Shown in pieces: positions 14,215 to 24,965 of a DNA stretch of 59,264 nucleotides. A model generated the notes under the pieces. That model was not told where the DNA came from. It saw only the letters and a program-made list of their open reading frames with translations, and made no database searches. The stretch's first letter is position 1, and the number at the start of each line of letters is the position of its first letter. The stretch comes from Octopus bimaculoides (Eukaryota): the NCBI RefSeq assembly GCF_001194135.2, contig NC_068982.1, forward strand, positions 68,132,490 through 68,191,753. Direction: 5' to 3'. The position numbers and the translations under genes are program-made.

Positions 14215-14500
14215 TTAAGCTTTTTGAGTGGATTTGGTAGAGCAAAACTGAAGGAAGCCTCTCGTGTGTGTGTCTTTGTGTCTGTGTTTATCCACCACCA
14301 TCACCACCACCACTGCTTGGCAACTGGTATTGGTGTGTTCCTGTTGGTTCGGCAACCAAGACTGATAAAATATGTACCAGGCTTAAAAAAGAAATAAGTA
14401 CTGGGATCGATTCATTCGACTAAAAATTCTTCAAGGCTGTGCCCCGGCATGGTCGCAGTCTAATGACTGAAACAAGTAAAAGAATACATTGAGAGCATGA
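14215..14500 (+). mobile_element. SINE family C, 3' two-thirds
   Basis: tgagtggatttggtagagcaaaactgaaggaagcc...caccactgcttggcaactgg...gctgtgccccggcatggtcgcagtctaatgactgaaacaagtaaaag. Matches the full-length copy at 39652-40045. Confidence 0.7.
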
Positions 14501-15599
14501 GAGAGAGAGAGAAAGGTTTGCTAAAATGCCATGCACAAAACTCAGCCATTGAGCCACTTTGTAACTTCTGCTGATTAAATCTAATAAAGTATATATGATA
14601 TATATATACACATACATAGACAGATAGAGTAGATTCTAGAAGTCAAAAGAAAGACCTTAAGTATTCAATAACAAAGTGCCTTTTTTTAAAAAATGGAAGT
14701 TAGTGTAAGAAGGAGGTTTTTGAAAACCTTAAAAAATAATGGGAGGAAGGTAAGAATTGATCCAAATGTTCCCAGAATGAATTGCATTAGCGGTACCCAA
14801 GGACCAAGTGAAGCTTGAAACTGGACATCAAATGAAGACTACCACCTAAAATGCAAAATGTTTGCAACACCTAAGGTTACTAAGCTGTCAACTAAATACT
14901 AACTAGGTTCTAAGTTGCTTAAAATATTTAGTGGTCAGATGTGAACTGATGTTTTCAACATGACACAGTTGTAAATCAAACATGAACCTATTATTACAGA
15001 GATGTACAACAACAACAGCACTTTAAGATTATTTTCCCTGCTGAAGCAAGGGTTAGCTTCATAGACTCTATGATAGTCTTCTCCATTTTATCCTCTTCTC
15101 TATATTAGCACCTCACCAACTCCCTTGCACTTATTTTGTCCTATATCACTTTTAACTGTCTTTCAAGGTTTTTCCTCTTCTACTTCCTTCTATCACTTCT
15201 CAAACCCTGTCAACTTTCAATCTTCCTAAGCATGACCCAACCATCTCATCCCATTTCTTTTCCCAACATCCACCATTGGCTCAATTCCTATCACCCATCC
15301 TCTGCAATTCATTGTTTTTGTCTTTCTCTCTTATCGAGATACTCCACTTGTCCACTGAACCATTCTCATCTTTATTCATTACAGCCTTCTCTGCTGTTTC
15401 ACATTCAGTAGCCATAATCCGCATCTATAAATCATGGCACTTCTTTCCTCATTAACATATCACTCAGTTTCCAGAACACTTACATACACAACTCACTCAA
15501 GCTACTGTCGCCAAGTCTGATATATCTTCTCCATTCAACATGTACAGTTATACTGTAACACTACTCATCAACATTCTGAAGCTGATTGTCTTCAGATAG

Positions 15600-16030
15600 A
15601 AACAAAAAAAATAGAAGTGTTGTTGCTGAAAATTAGTTCAAAAAATTTGTTTTAAGCAGAGTAAGTTTGTGCAATGTCAAATCTTCTCTTCTAATTGTGT
15701 AACCAGAACTGTTCCAGAGTGTTCCACATACTAGACTCAAATGGATGCTTGTGAAGCAAGGTAGGAATGTGAAACCAAAATACAGATTGCTACTGATTTC
15801 TCTTACTGTCACAGTTCACATCATATAAGAAGTTCCTCTTGCTGAAATTTGTCTAACATTACCATATAAACATCTAAGTGGATTACAAACACAATCCAGG
15901 CTACAAAACATAACATATGTAACCTCAATGTGATACATCAAACTGCTTGCTGCTATGGTTGGGAACTTTGAACATTGCTGCTACTGCTTTGCCAGCATCT
16001 ATTGCTCGATAGTCATCAACCCTAAACTGG
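15600..16030 (-). mobile_element. Degenerate CR1/L2-like LINE 3' fragment
   Basis: Weak minus-strand resemblance to the post-RT region of CR1-type ORF2 (AWIVFVIHLD...; HLSLVCGTLWNSSGYTIRREDL), with many frame breaks. Confidence 0.35.
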
Positions 16031-16256
16031 GCTCACTCATCCTTTTGACACACACACACACACATGCACATGCACATGCACACACACACACACACACACA
16101 CATACACACACACATGTATATGTGTTAGTGAGACAAACATGGATAATTAAAACTAAATAGATATATATGATTTTAATGTGTTTTTTTTTTCCTAAATTGA
16201 TGTTGGTTATATATATATATAAATTTATATAATTGTGTCCTTTTTTTTTATTGCAG

Positions 16257-18082
16257 ATGACTGCAACAGCACAGTCTTCCACTTTTAAGCGGCCCTTTTA
16301 CAACTTAGAGAACTCTGGAATCAGTCTTTACCGTGAACTGAAGCTGAAACGACGTCGCATCTTAGATCTCATTGGATGTGACACAGAATCTTGTGTCAGC
16401 AATGAAAGCCGTCGCAGTATGGGCAGCGAGAGTTCTGGTTATGTCTCTGATTGTGATCAGTTCAGTGATGCCAGTCATGAGAATTCCAACTCACCTTCTA
16501 TTGTACAGTCAACAGCTGAGGACAACTACAAGTCAAAATTTCTTGAGCAGAATGCAGTGGCTGTGTCTGACAAAAGCAACAACATTCTTGCTGAGAAGCA
16601 AAAATTTGAAGAATTCACTCTGAAAGTGAAAGTAGAAGCCAACAGTAACAACAACAACAGCAATAACCAGAACATTAACAACAATAATAATGATGATGAT
16701 GATAATAATAATAATAGTTTCCAAAATAAGAAAAAGTGTAACACTCCTGAAAGACATGTGGTCAATTGTCAGCCTGACCAGAATCAAGACAATGCCAGTC
16801 GGAACTGTAGTTCAGGTTCACCTCTAAGTTCTGGTGCTCTTCAAAATCAGAACAACGTTATTGTGAACCATCCATTGCTTGTTATGAACAATAATCAAGC
16901 TAATAACTCTTTTAGTAATGAAGAAGAAAATGATGATAATGTTAATAGTAGTAACAATAATAACAATGGCCCGGTGAATATGCCTTTTGGAATAGCCTAT
17001 GTTGGTTTCCCTTCAGGCTTTGTCTTTCAACCTCAAATTATTAGAGAACAGAATATGGGAGATAATATGACAACTGTGAATATGATACCAGTGATGACAA
17101 CAGTGCCTAGTGGAATCTCTTCAACACAAACTATTTATACGATGCCCACACTGCTCACCAACCAACAGTTTAACAGCCCCACAAACAGCAATAGTGGCAA
17201 TGTTGCTGAGATCCCACACATAAATTTTGTTATCGATCCTTCAATGCAACAACAACAACAACACCAACAGCAACAACAACAACAACAACAAGCTGTAGAA
17301 TGCAATCTGAAACAAGCAGATACTCAGCCACAGCAACACTTTACACTGAGCTCTGGTAACTTAAAGACAAGCCAGACTGTCATTCCTCAAGGTGGCACTA
17401 CTTACCAAATCTGTCGGTATCCATATATTAACCCGAGCCAAAAGGAACAATATGAGCAAAACATGGTTGACTCTAAAAAAACATGGTTGCTTAGCAACAG
17501 CAATAGTAGCAGTATTAATAGCACCACCAACAACAACAGCAGCAGCAACAGTGGTAATAATTCAGACAATTACATGTGTATGACATCAGTTACTAATGTC
17601 AACAACACTGTTATGAATTTTGGTGCAAATGGCAACCATCGTATTAATTGTAATATTGAGATGAGTAGTATTGGTAACAGCAACAGTGGTACCAACAGCA
17701 ACTTCAACAACAGTAACACCAGCAACAACATCAACATCAACAACAGCACCAATGGAAGTAATGGCCAGAATACTGGGCATCACCACCATCACAACCACCA
17801 TCATCATAACCATAATCGGCATGCTCCTCCCCTCAACAATGGAGTTGGTCCAAACAATGTTGGTCATGCTCTAACACAAGTAAGCAAAGGTTGTACACCT
17901 TCTAATATGTATTTCACTAGCTCTTTGCCCTCAACTCTTGAAGATGATGTTTGTGTCAGTCCTGGAGATGGCAGCAATATAAAGAGTCCTGAAGGTGATA
18001 GTGACTGTGAAGAACCAATGATTTGTGCTATTTGTAATGACAGAGCTACTGGTCTTCATTATGGTATCATTACATGTGAAGG
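16257..18082 (+). CDS. Hr4: HR4-like coding exon 1 (1826 nt): long low-complexity A/B domain and first zinc finger up to the P-box Gly
   Basis: Polypyrimidine tract and ttgcag acceptor immediately before ATG at 16257. Open frame to GAA GG|gtgagt, donor at 18083. Confidence 0.9.
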
Positions 18083-21039
18083 GTGAGTAAAACTCTTTTC
18101 AGTTTATCTTTCCCCTTTCCTTCTTTATTGTTTTTCTGTGTCTCTTTCTTTTTGTTATCTTCTTTTTCCTCCTCCCTTTTCTTAATTTCTTCTCTTTCAC
18201 CCAATTTTTTGCTGTTAATTTGCTCCATTGCTGTCTCCTAACAGTAATGGTAATTGTTATAAATCTTGATTCTGTATCCCTTTTGCTCTACTGTCTCAGA
18301 AATCTAGTCATGATTATCTCAGTTCCACTATGTAGCACCTTGGGCAAGTGTCTTCTAATAGAGCGCCGTGCTGATCAAGGCTTTGTGAGTGGATTTGGTT
18401 GACAGAGAGAGAGGAAGAATTTCATTGTATGTATGTGTGTTTGCATGTTTATGTGTGTGTGCTTATTTGTGTGTGTTTGTGTCTCCTCGTCTTTGTATCA
18501 CAAGATGGTTGTAAACGTGTGTCACCTTCATATAAGTGGTGTCATTTGTTCCCAATCTTTTGTGGAAACATGTCCACTCATTGGGAAATATTGCCTTGCT
18601 TTGAAGCAAGTAAGATTTGATAACAGAAATCGATATCAAGATGTAGAAAATCTGCATCTAAATGAGTTCCATCTGACCTATGCAAGCATGAAAAGTGGAT
18701 TATGAGGATGATGCTTTTAAAAAAAACTAATAGAAGTTTTGAACATATCATTTACCTTTGCTTTTGATTTTTTTTCTCTTTGAAGGTGTAAAGGATTTTT
18801 TAAGCGCACAGTGCAGAACAAACGGGTTTACACCTGTGTTGCTAGTGGCAACTGTGAGATAAACAAGATGCAACGTAATCGGTGCCAATATTGCCGTTTC
18901 AAGAAATGCTTACAAATGGGAATGGTTTTGGCTGGTAAGCTATAAACACTTCTTTCTGATATCTCTCTCTCTACATACATACATACACACATACATATAT
19001 ATGTATATACATATATGTATGTATGTATGTATGTATAAAGAAGCAGCAAATTGAGTGAGTCATTAAAAATGTTGGATAGAATGCCTTGCAGGAATTGTTC
19101 TCACTCAGTTCAAATATTGCTGAAGTCAGTAGCACTACTTGTCATCCTTTCAGGGCCCATGACTAAAATTCCAGTCTTATATTGAAATTGTTTCTTTTCT
19201 TTCTCTCTTCCTATCTGTCTCTCTTTCTGGACAAATCAGATATGTTCAGATCTGGAGAAGGATGGGCTCCTCCAGGTCTAAGAATGCCTAAAACATGACA
19301 GCATCCTTATATATCTATGGAATTGAGGGTCCAAGGCAAGGTGCATAAAAAGAACACCCATAGAAAGTCATCATTTAAGGCTCTAGACAATACAAATTAG
19401 AGCAAAAAATCTGAACTTCTCCTATTGACTGCAGACAAATGGTGAGTGGGGGTACATCTCTAGTGTTGGTGCTGTGCAAAATACACTGAATGATTGGCAA
19501 ATGAGCAGAGAAAGTCCAGAGTTATGAGGTGCCTTTAATGCTGTCTTACCAAGATCTATTCAACCTCTCTAGTTTTAATTTCACAAGATAATACACCCAG
19601 TACACTCTGCAAACTGGTTAGCATTAGGAAGAGCACCCAGCCCTAGAAACCACACCAAACAATACACACAAGCACCTAGTCTTCAGGAGTAGTAGCTCCT
19701 AATAGGAGGTGACTTTGAACTTGATGACCCCATCCAACAACCTATACCAGCACAGAAAGCAGACAAAAAAATGATGATGATGAACTGTAAAGAGCACAAG
19801 ATTTTACAGTAATCTATATGTTTCTGACCTGTAGTACTTGCAAAGCTATATGTAATTAAGAAATTGTTTTCTTTTATATCAATATCTTGGGAAATTTCAT
19901 ATATAATATAATCAATTTCTTTTTTTATTCTTTTCCTCTTTAGCTGTCCGTGAAGATAGAATGCCCGGTGGACGTAATTCTGGAGCTGTCTATAACTTAT
20001 ACAAGGTTTGTGTACACTTCTATTTAAAGGTTCCATCATGTGGACTGTGATATCTGACTCAGTTGTGAAATTTACTCAATGGTGTTTGATAAATTCTATT
20101 TAATGCATTGAGCAATGAAGGAGTAAAGTTTGTTTATTAATTTCAGTTATTCACTTACATAATAACTTAACATAGTGTATGACAGACATATGATAGTACA
20201 TAGATTATAGAGTGAAATTAGAGGGATAGTATAATAGTGTTTGACAACAGGGATCATGCTATAGAGAAATTATTTTGCCAACAGAGATAATTGTTTGACA
20301 ACAGGGATAATACTTAAGAGGGATAATTACTTGATAACAGTATCATCACTCCTACGATGATACACTGACCAATAATGATATTTCAAAGCATGTTTTATTC
20401 ATTCATTTATTTATTTATTTGGTGAACCTGGAGGAAAGAGCAGCGCCCATAACCCTTACAAGCCCCCTAAGACTGGTGGGATTGATACCCTTAATGTTTT
20501 GTTTAGATTATTGCAGGTCAACATCTGCAGAAAAGACATGAACTGGGAGGAGATTCTAGATGGATGATATTCAGGGCAAGAAGGATTAAGCTTTGTGGTT
20601 AGTGTGGGGGGAAGAAGAGCTGGATGCAACAAAGTTGAAAGTTAGAGAGATGAGTGAGGAGGGTGCATGAGTAGTGGAGGTATGAAACCAACCAGCTCCA
20701 AGGAACTGAGGTCATTATAATAATGATAGAAGAAACTGTGTTGTGACAGCATTGTGATAATTTTGTAGAATTACTATAATTGATTAACAATGTTTTAATT
20801 ATAACACTTTCAATTATTTACAGGTGAAATACAAGAAGCACAAAAGAAAAAAGCAGACTACCAAGCTGTACAAGCAGAAAGTGGCACAGATTAGTGTTGG
20901 CCAAGACATGAACATCAAAACAGAACCGGTGGACATTAAGGACCAGATGAAAATACCCATCGGTTCAACTGCAAATGTACTAAATGCATCTCGTTCAGCC
21001 CTTGTTGCTCACTACAGCACTGTGTCATCATTCAGTCAT

Positions 21040-21072
<33 letters not shown>

Positions 21073-23733
21073 AATGAGATTCAACAGCAACATCACCATC
21101 ATAACCACCATCATTCCCCTTCCCATCAACAACCATCCTTACAAAACCTTGATATGCCACAGTATCACACTGAACACTTAAAGACAATCAGGCCACAGCC
21201 TCATCCTAGCAAGCCCCCACCTTCACAATTGTCTCCTCATTCCCAATCACAGCTGTCCCCAGCATCCACTTCCCAAGTGTTATCCCTGTTGCCAGCGTCT
21301 CCTATGCCACACTTTGAGAGACTCATCAATGAACTTATACAGTGTGATTGTCTCTTAGACATAGCTGATGCCTGTAAATTAGATGAGTTAATTAATGACG
21401 ACATTGTCTCAAACACTCTCTATAAAATCGGTGATAGCATTGTTAATAAGCTGGTCAAATGGACTCGACAGCTGCCATTCTATAGTGAAATACCTCTACA
21501 GATACATCAACAGATCTTAACTGAAAAATGGCATGAACTTTTGCTGTTGATTACGACAGCTCACCGAGCTTTGATTACTACTAAGCCAACTGCTATGTCA
21601 TTTGGAGATCTTTATCGGTGGAACATGTCAAAACTTGCACAATATTTGAATAAAAATTTTCAGAAATATTTCACTTTGGAGGAACTGACCAATGAAATTG
21701 GTGAGATTGTTGAGAAAATAACCCATGTTATGGCTGCCTTTGTCAATATGAATTTATCAAAGCAAGAATATGTCTGTTTACAAGTTGTGCTGTTATTAAA
21801 TCATAGTAAGTTTGGTTATATTATTGTCATTATCAATCATCATTTGCTATTATCATATTATAATTATTGTCATTATCTAAATCAACATTGTCAACAGCAT
21901 TATCATTAAATGTCTAAATATCTGAGTTGAGTTATTATTGATAGCATTATAATTTCTTTAAAGATGAAAAATCTTTTAATATTTATGTCTGCATCACATA
22001 TCAATCAGTTTCATCTCCAATCCTGATCAGGTGTGTTATTCCAAGATGAATACATTGTACCACATTGGATTTGAATTTAAAACTCATTTTTCATTTCTGA
22101 AAGATGACATACCCTTTTGATACCAACATTCCTGGAATCATTCCTAGTTTAACACTACACACTTTCTGTTTAAAGAAATCTAAATTAAAACTTTCCATTG
22201 AAATTAGCATGTTAATTTATGTTTCAAACACAATTATTTTATCAAATTTTTCATTACCATATTTGATAGCATATAAGATATGCACTTTTCCCCACAAAAA
22301 TGTCTCAAAACATCATCACCACCCCTGATCTTATATGCAATTTTGGACCGCCCATAAGTTTTAATGCATTAAAAACATTTTTCTTAAATATACACTGCTG
22401 AAATTGGGGTCCGTCTAATATACCCATATGTCTTTTATACCATCAAATATAGTATTTACAAAATTATTTGAAACAAAGGTAGTGTATTTTGACAGAAATA
22501 TGGAAAATTTTAAATGAATTTTCTTTATTAATTCATTATGTTTTTCTGGATAATTAGGGTGCAGGGTAAATGCCCCTTAACATATTGCAATGTAGAGTCC
22601 CTTAAGACATTGCTAAGTAAGCTCCCCACTAAAAACATAATCTTGATGTAAAATATTTAGGATGATCCAGTTTTGATATCTGATTCTATTCTGTACTCAC
22701 AAGAGTTGAATACCAATCTAAGAAACCAGTAATTATACAATATTTTCTTTGCTTACAACAAGGAGTTTTACCTACTCTGTGGTACCTACTTACTGTGAGG
22801 GTTTTTACACTGGCAACAATTTGTAGAGGAAGTGCACCATCACCACTTTAACATCCATTCTTCCATGTTTCCATGGGTAGGATGATGCTTATTGAAACAG
22901 ATCTTCTATGACTGGATGCCCATACTTTCACCAATCCTTACTTGTTTCTAAGTAAGGTAATATTTCCCTATGGTCAGACATGTTTTCACAGAATATTGGA
23001 AATGGATGACATTCACTTACAACAGTCACCTGATATCATAACAAGGAGACACTAACATACACACACTGACACACACATACACATGTATGCATATAAATAT
23101 ACACAGACACACACACACACACACACACACCTATACATACGACTGGCTTCTTTCAGTTTCCATTCATCAAATCGACTCAAAAGGCTTGGTTGGCATGATG
23201 CTGTAGCGGAAGACATGCCATACAGTGGGACTGAACCTGAAACCACATGGTTGGAAAGCAAACTTTTCAACCACATAGCCATGCTTGTACCTCATTGATT
23301 GAATTAAGCTCACAACAACCCAAAGAACAAAAAAACTAACCTATATTTGATTTCATCCCTGAAGGACATAACTTCATGTAATAAAGTATCATTTCTGCCA
23401 CTCCCTCCAAATAAATAAAAGTAATTTTGGTTTGCTCATACAGTTTTATGTAAACTAACTTCCCTATATTTTGTTCATAAATTATTTATCATTTTTTAAT
23501 TTTTTTGTTTTTTGTTTTCTTCAATTCTTTCAGATCAAACAATGCCGGTGAAAGAAGTAGAGAGAGTTCAAGACAGATATACATGTGCTCTACAGCAGTA
23601 CATTGCAGTTCACCATTCTGACGAACCAAACAGATTTGGTGAGCTTCTGCTGCGCCTGCCAGAGATCCAGTCTGCCTCAGCACTCTTACTTAAAAGCAAG
23701 ATGATATATGTTCCTTTCCTATTAACATCCTAG
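16257..23733 (+). CDS. Hr4: Nuclear receptor of the NR6A group (hormone receptor 4 / GCNF-like), spliced CDS join(16257..18082,18786..18934,19944..20005,20824..21805,23534..23733), 1072 aa
   Basis: The joined exons give an intact C4 zinc-finger [23 protein letters not shown]|[46 protein letters not shown]. This is followed by the [31 protein letters not shown], typical of HR4/NR6A. The LBD contains [18 protein letters not shown]...KWHELLLL and ends [11 protein letters not shown]. All four introns are GT-AG with matching phases (2,1,0,1), and the total of 3219 nt is divisible by 3. Confidence 0.93.
18786..18934 (+). CDS. Hr4: HR4-like coding exon 2 (149 nt): rest of P-box, D-box and second zinc finger
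   Basis: Acceptor ttttctctttgaag|G TGT AAA GGA TTT TTT AAG (CKGFFKR...QMGMVLA). Donor G|gtaagc at 18935. Absent from the + strand ORF track because it is short. Confidence 0.95.
19944..20005 (+). CDS. Hr4: HR4-like coding exon 3 (62 nt): C-terminal extension / T-box
   Basis: Acceptor ttttcctctttag|CT GTC CGT GAA GAT AGA ATG CCC GGT GGA CGT ([21 protein letters not shown]). Donor AAG|gtttgt at 20006. Confidence 0.93.
20824..21805 (+). CDS. Hr4: HR4-like coding exon 4 (982 nt): basic A-box, Q/H-rich hinge and most of the LBD
   Basis: cag|GTG AAA TAC AAG ([10 protein letters not shown]). LBD helices up to [12 protein letters not shown]. Donor A|gtaagt at 21806. Confidence 0.93.
22257..22452. 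mobile_element. pogo/Tc1-superfamily MITE in HR4 intron 4
   Basis: TA|ccatatttgatagcatataagat ... gtcttttataccatcaaatatag|TA TIRs. A second copy of the family lies at 53306-53468. Confidence 0.7.
23140..23290 (-). mobile_element. SINE family C, tRNA-like head, in HR4 intron 4
   Basis: Reverse complement caagcatggctatgtggttgaaaagtttgctttccaaccatgtggtttcaggttcagtcccactg matches the head of 39652-40045. Confidence 0.7.
23534..23733 (+). CDS. Hr4: HR4-like terminal coding exon 5 (200 nt): LBD helices 9-12 and stop
   Basis: ttctttcag|AT CAA ACA ATG, then ...[36 protein letters not shown], with TAG at 23731-23733. Confidence 0.93.
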
Positions 23734-24167
23734 CTGACTTTTCACTTTCTTTTGAACACAACATCCCTTACCATCTCCCAACTAAACTCAACTACCTTCC
23801 TCCTCCTTAAACATACATCTATACAAACACATATATAAATTTTGGTATTAACCACTGTCAGGCTCTTTGAAGCTAAGTTATCAAAAGTACTGAGTAATAA
23901 TAATGATAATAATTATAATTATAAATAACAATACCACAAAGATGACTTCATTTCATCACTTACAATTTTTTTGTTTTGTTTTTTTTTTTTCTTTTTACTT
24001 TTTACCCTCACCATGCCTTTAAGAAGGAACTGGATTTTCTAACATTCTTAAGGAAGAAGAAAGTGAAAGAAATAATAGTAGTTAAAAATTGTAAAGAAAA
24101 GAACAAAAAAAAAAAGAAAGTAAAAAAAAAAATATGTACATTGTTTTACAAACACGGGTATGCACAC

Positions 24168-24173
24168 AATAAA
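24168..24173 (+). terminator. Candidate proximal polyadenylation signal AATAAA of the HR4-like gene
   Basis: AATAAA about 435 nt after the stop, followed by GT/T-rich sequence. AATAAA is common in this AT-rich DNA, so the true 3' end is unresolved. Confidence 0.25.
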
Positions 24174-24194
24174 GTATGTGCAAACAGTTGATGG

Positions 24195-24199
24195 CTATA

Positions 24200-24266
<67 letters not shown>

Positions 24267-24470
24267 GTATATATATATGTATATATATATGTATATATAT
24301 ATGTATATATATGTATATATATATGTATATATATGTATATATATATGTATATATATATGTATATATATATATATGCGTACATGTATGTATATATATGTGT
24401 ATATGTATGTATATATGTGCGTATGTGTATATATATATATATATATATACATATGTGTACACACACACGT
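24195..24470. repeat. Long compound (TA)n/(TATG) microsatellite 3' of the HR4 stop
   Basis: Directly visible. Further (TA)/(TG)/(CA) tracts continue to about 24970. Confidence 0.95.
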
Positions 24471-24694
24471 ATTTCTATGGCGTGTTGAAAATGAAGTGTT
24501 ATTGGATAATGTGTTTGAAAAAGTTCTGGTAACAGAAACTAAAAACTAAAAAAGAAGATAAACTGTTTTTGCTTTGTTTTTATTTATTAACTTTCATTTT
24601 TGTGTCAGTCAGTCATCCTTTTTATTTATTCATTAAGTTTTCTATAATCGACTTATCGTGCTTCCTTTCTTTTGTTATCATTGAATTGAACACA

Positions 24695-24736
<42 letters not shown>

Positions 24737-24809
24737 AATGTAAATAAATATATGTGTGTGTGTGTTATGCATACACGTGTATGTGTGCATATGTATAGGT
24801 GTGTCTATG

Positions 24810-24844
<35 letters not shown>

Positions 24845-24932
24845 ATATACGCACACACACACACACACACATAATGTATGTGTATATATATGTGTGTGTG
24901 TGAGTGTACGTATGCATATGTATTTGTGTGTG

Positions 24933-24965
<33 letters not shown>

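Noticed and set aside
16233-16256. ORF-track start at 16233 (TTG; MCPFFLLQ)
   Set aside because: This is the intron polypyrimidine tract and AG acceptor read in frame. The exon starts at 16257.
16372-17874. Alternative-frame and antisense ORFs overlapping exon 1
   Set aside because: By-products of AAC/CAA/CAT repeats giving poly-L/I/V/T peptides, with no independent evidence.
21806-21909. ORF-track extension [16 protein letters not shown]...HYH* as the receptor C-terminus
   Set aside because: Read-through of a consensus GTAAGT donor. The LBD is completed in phase by the exon at 23534-23733.
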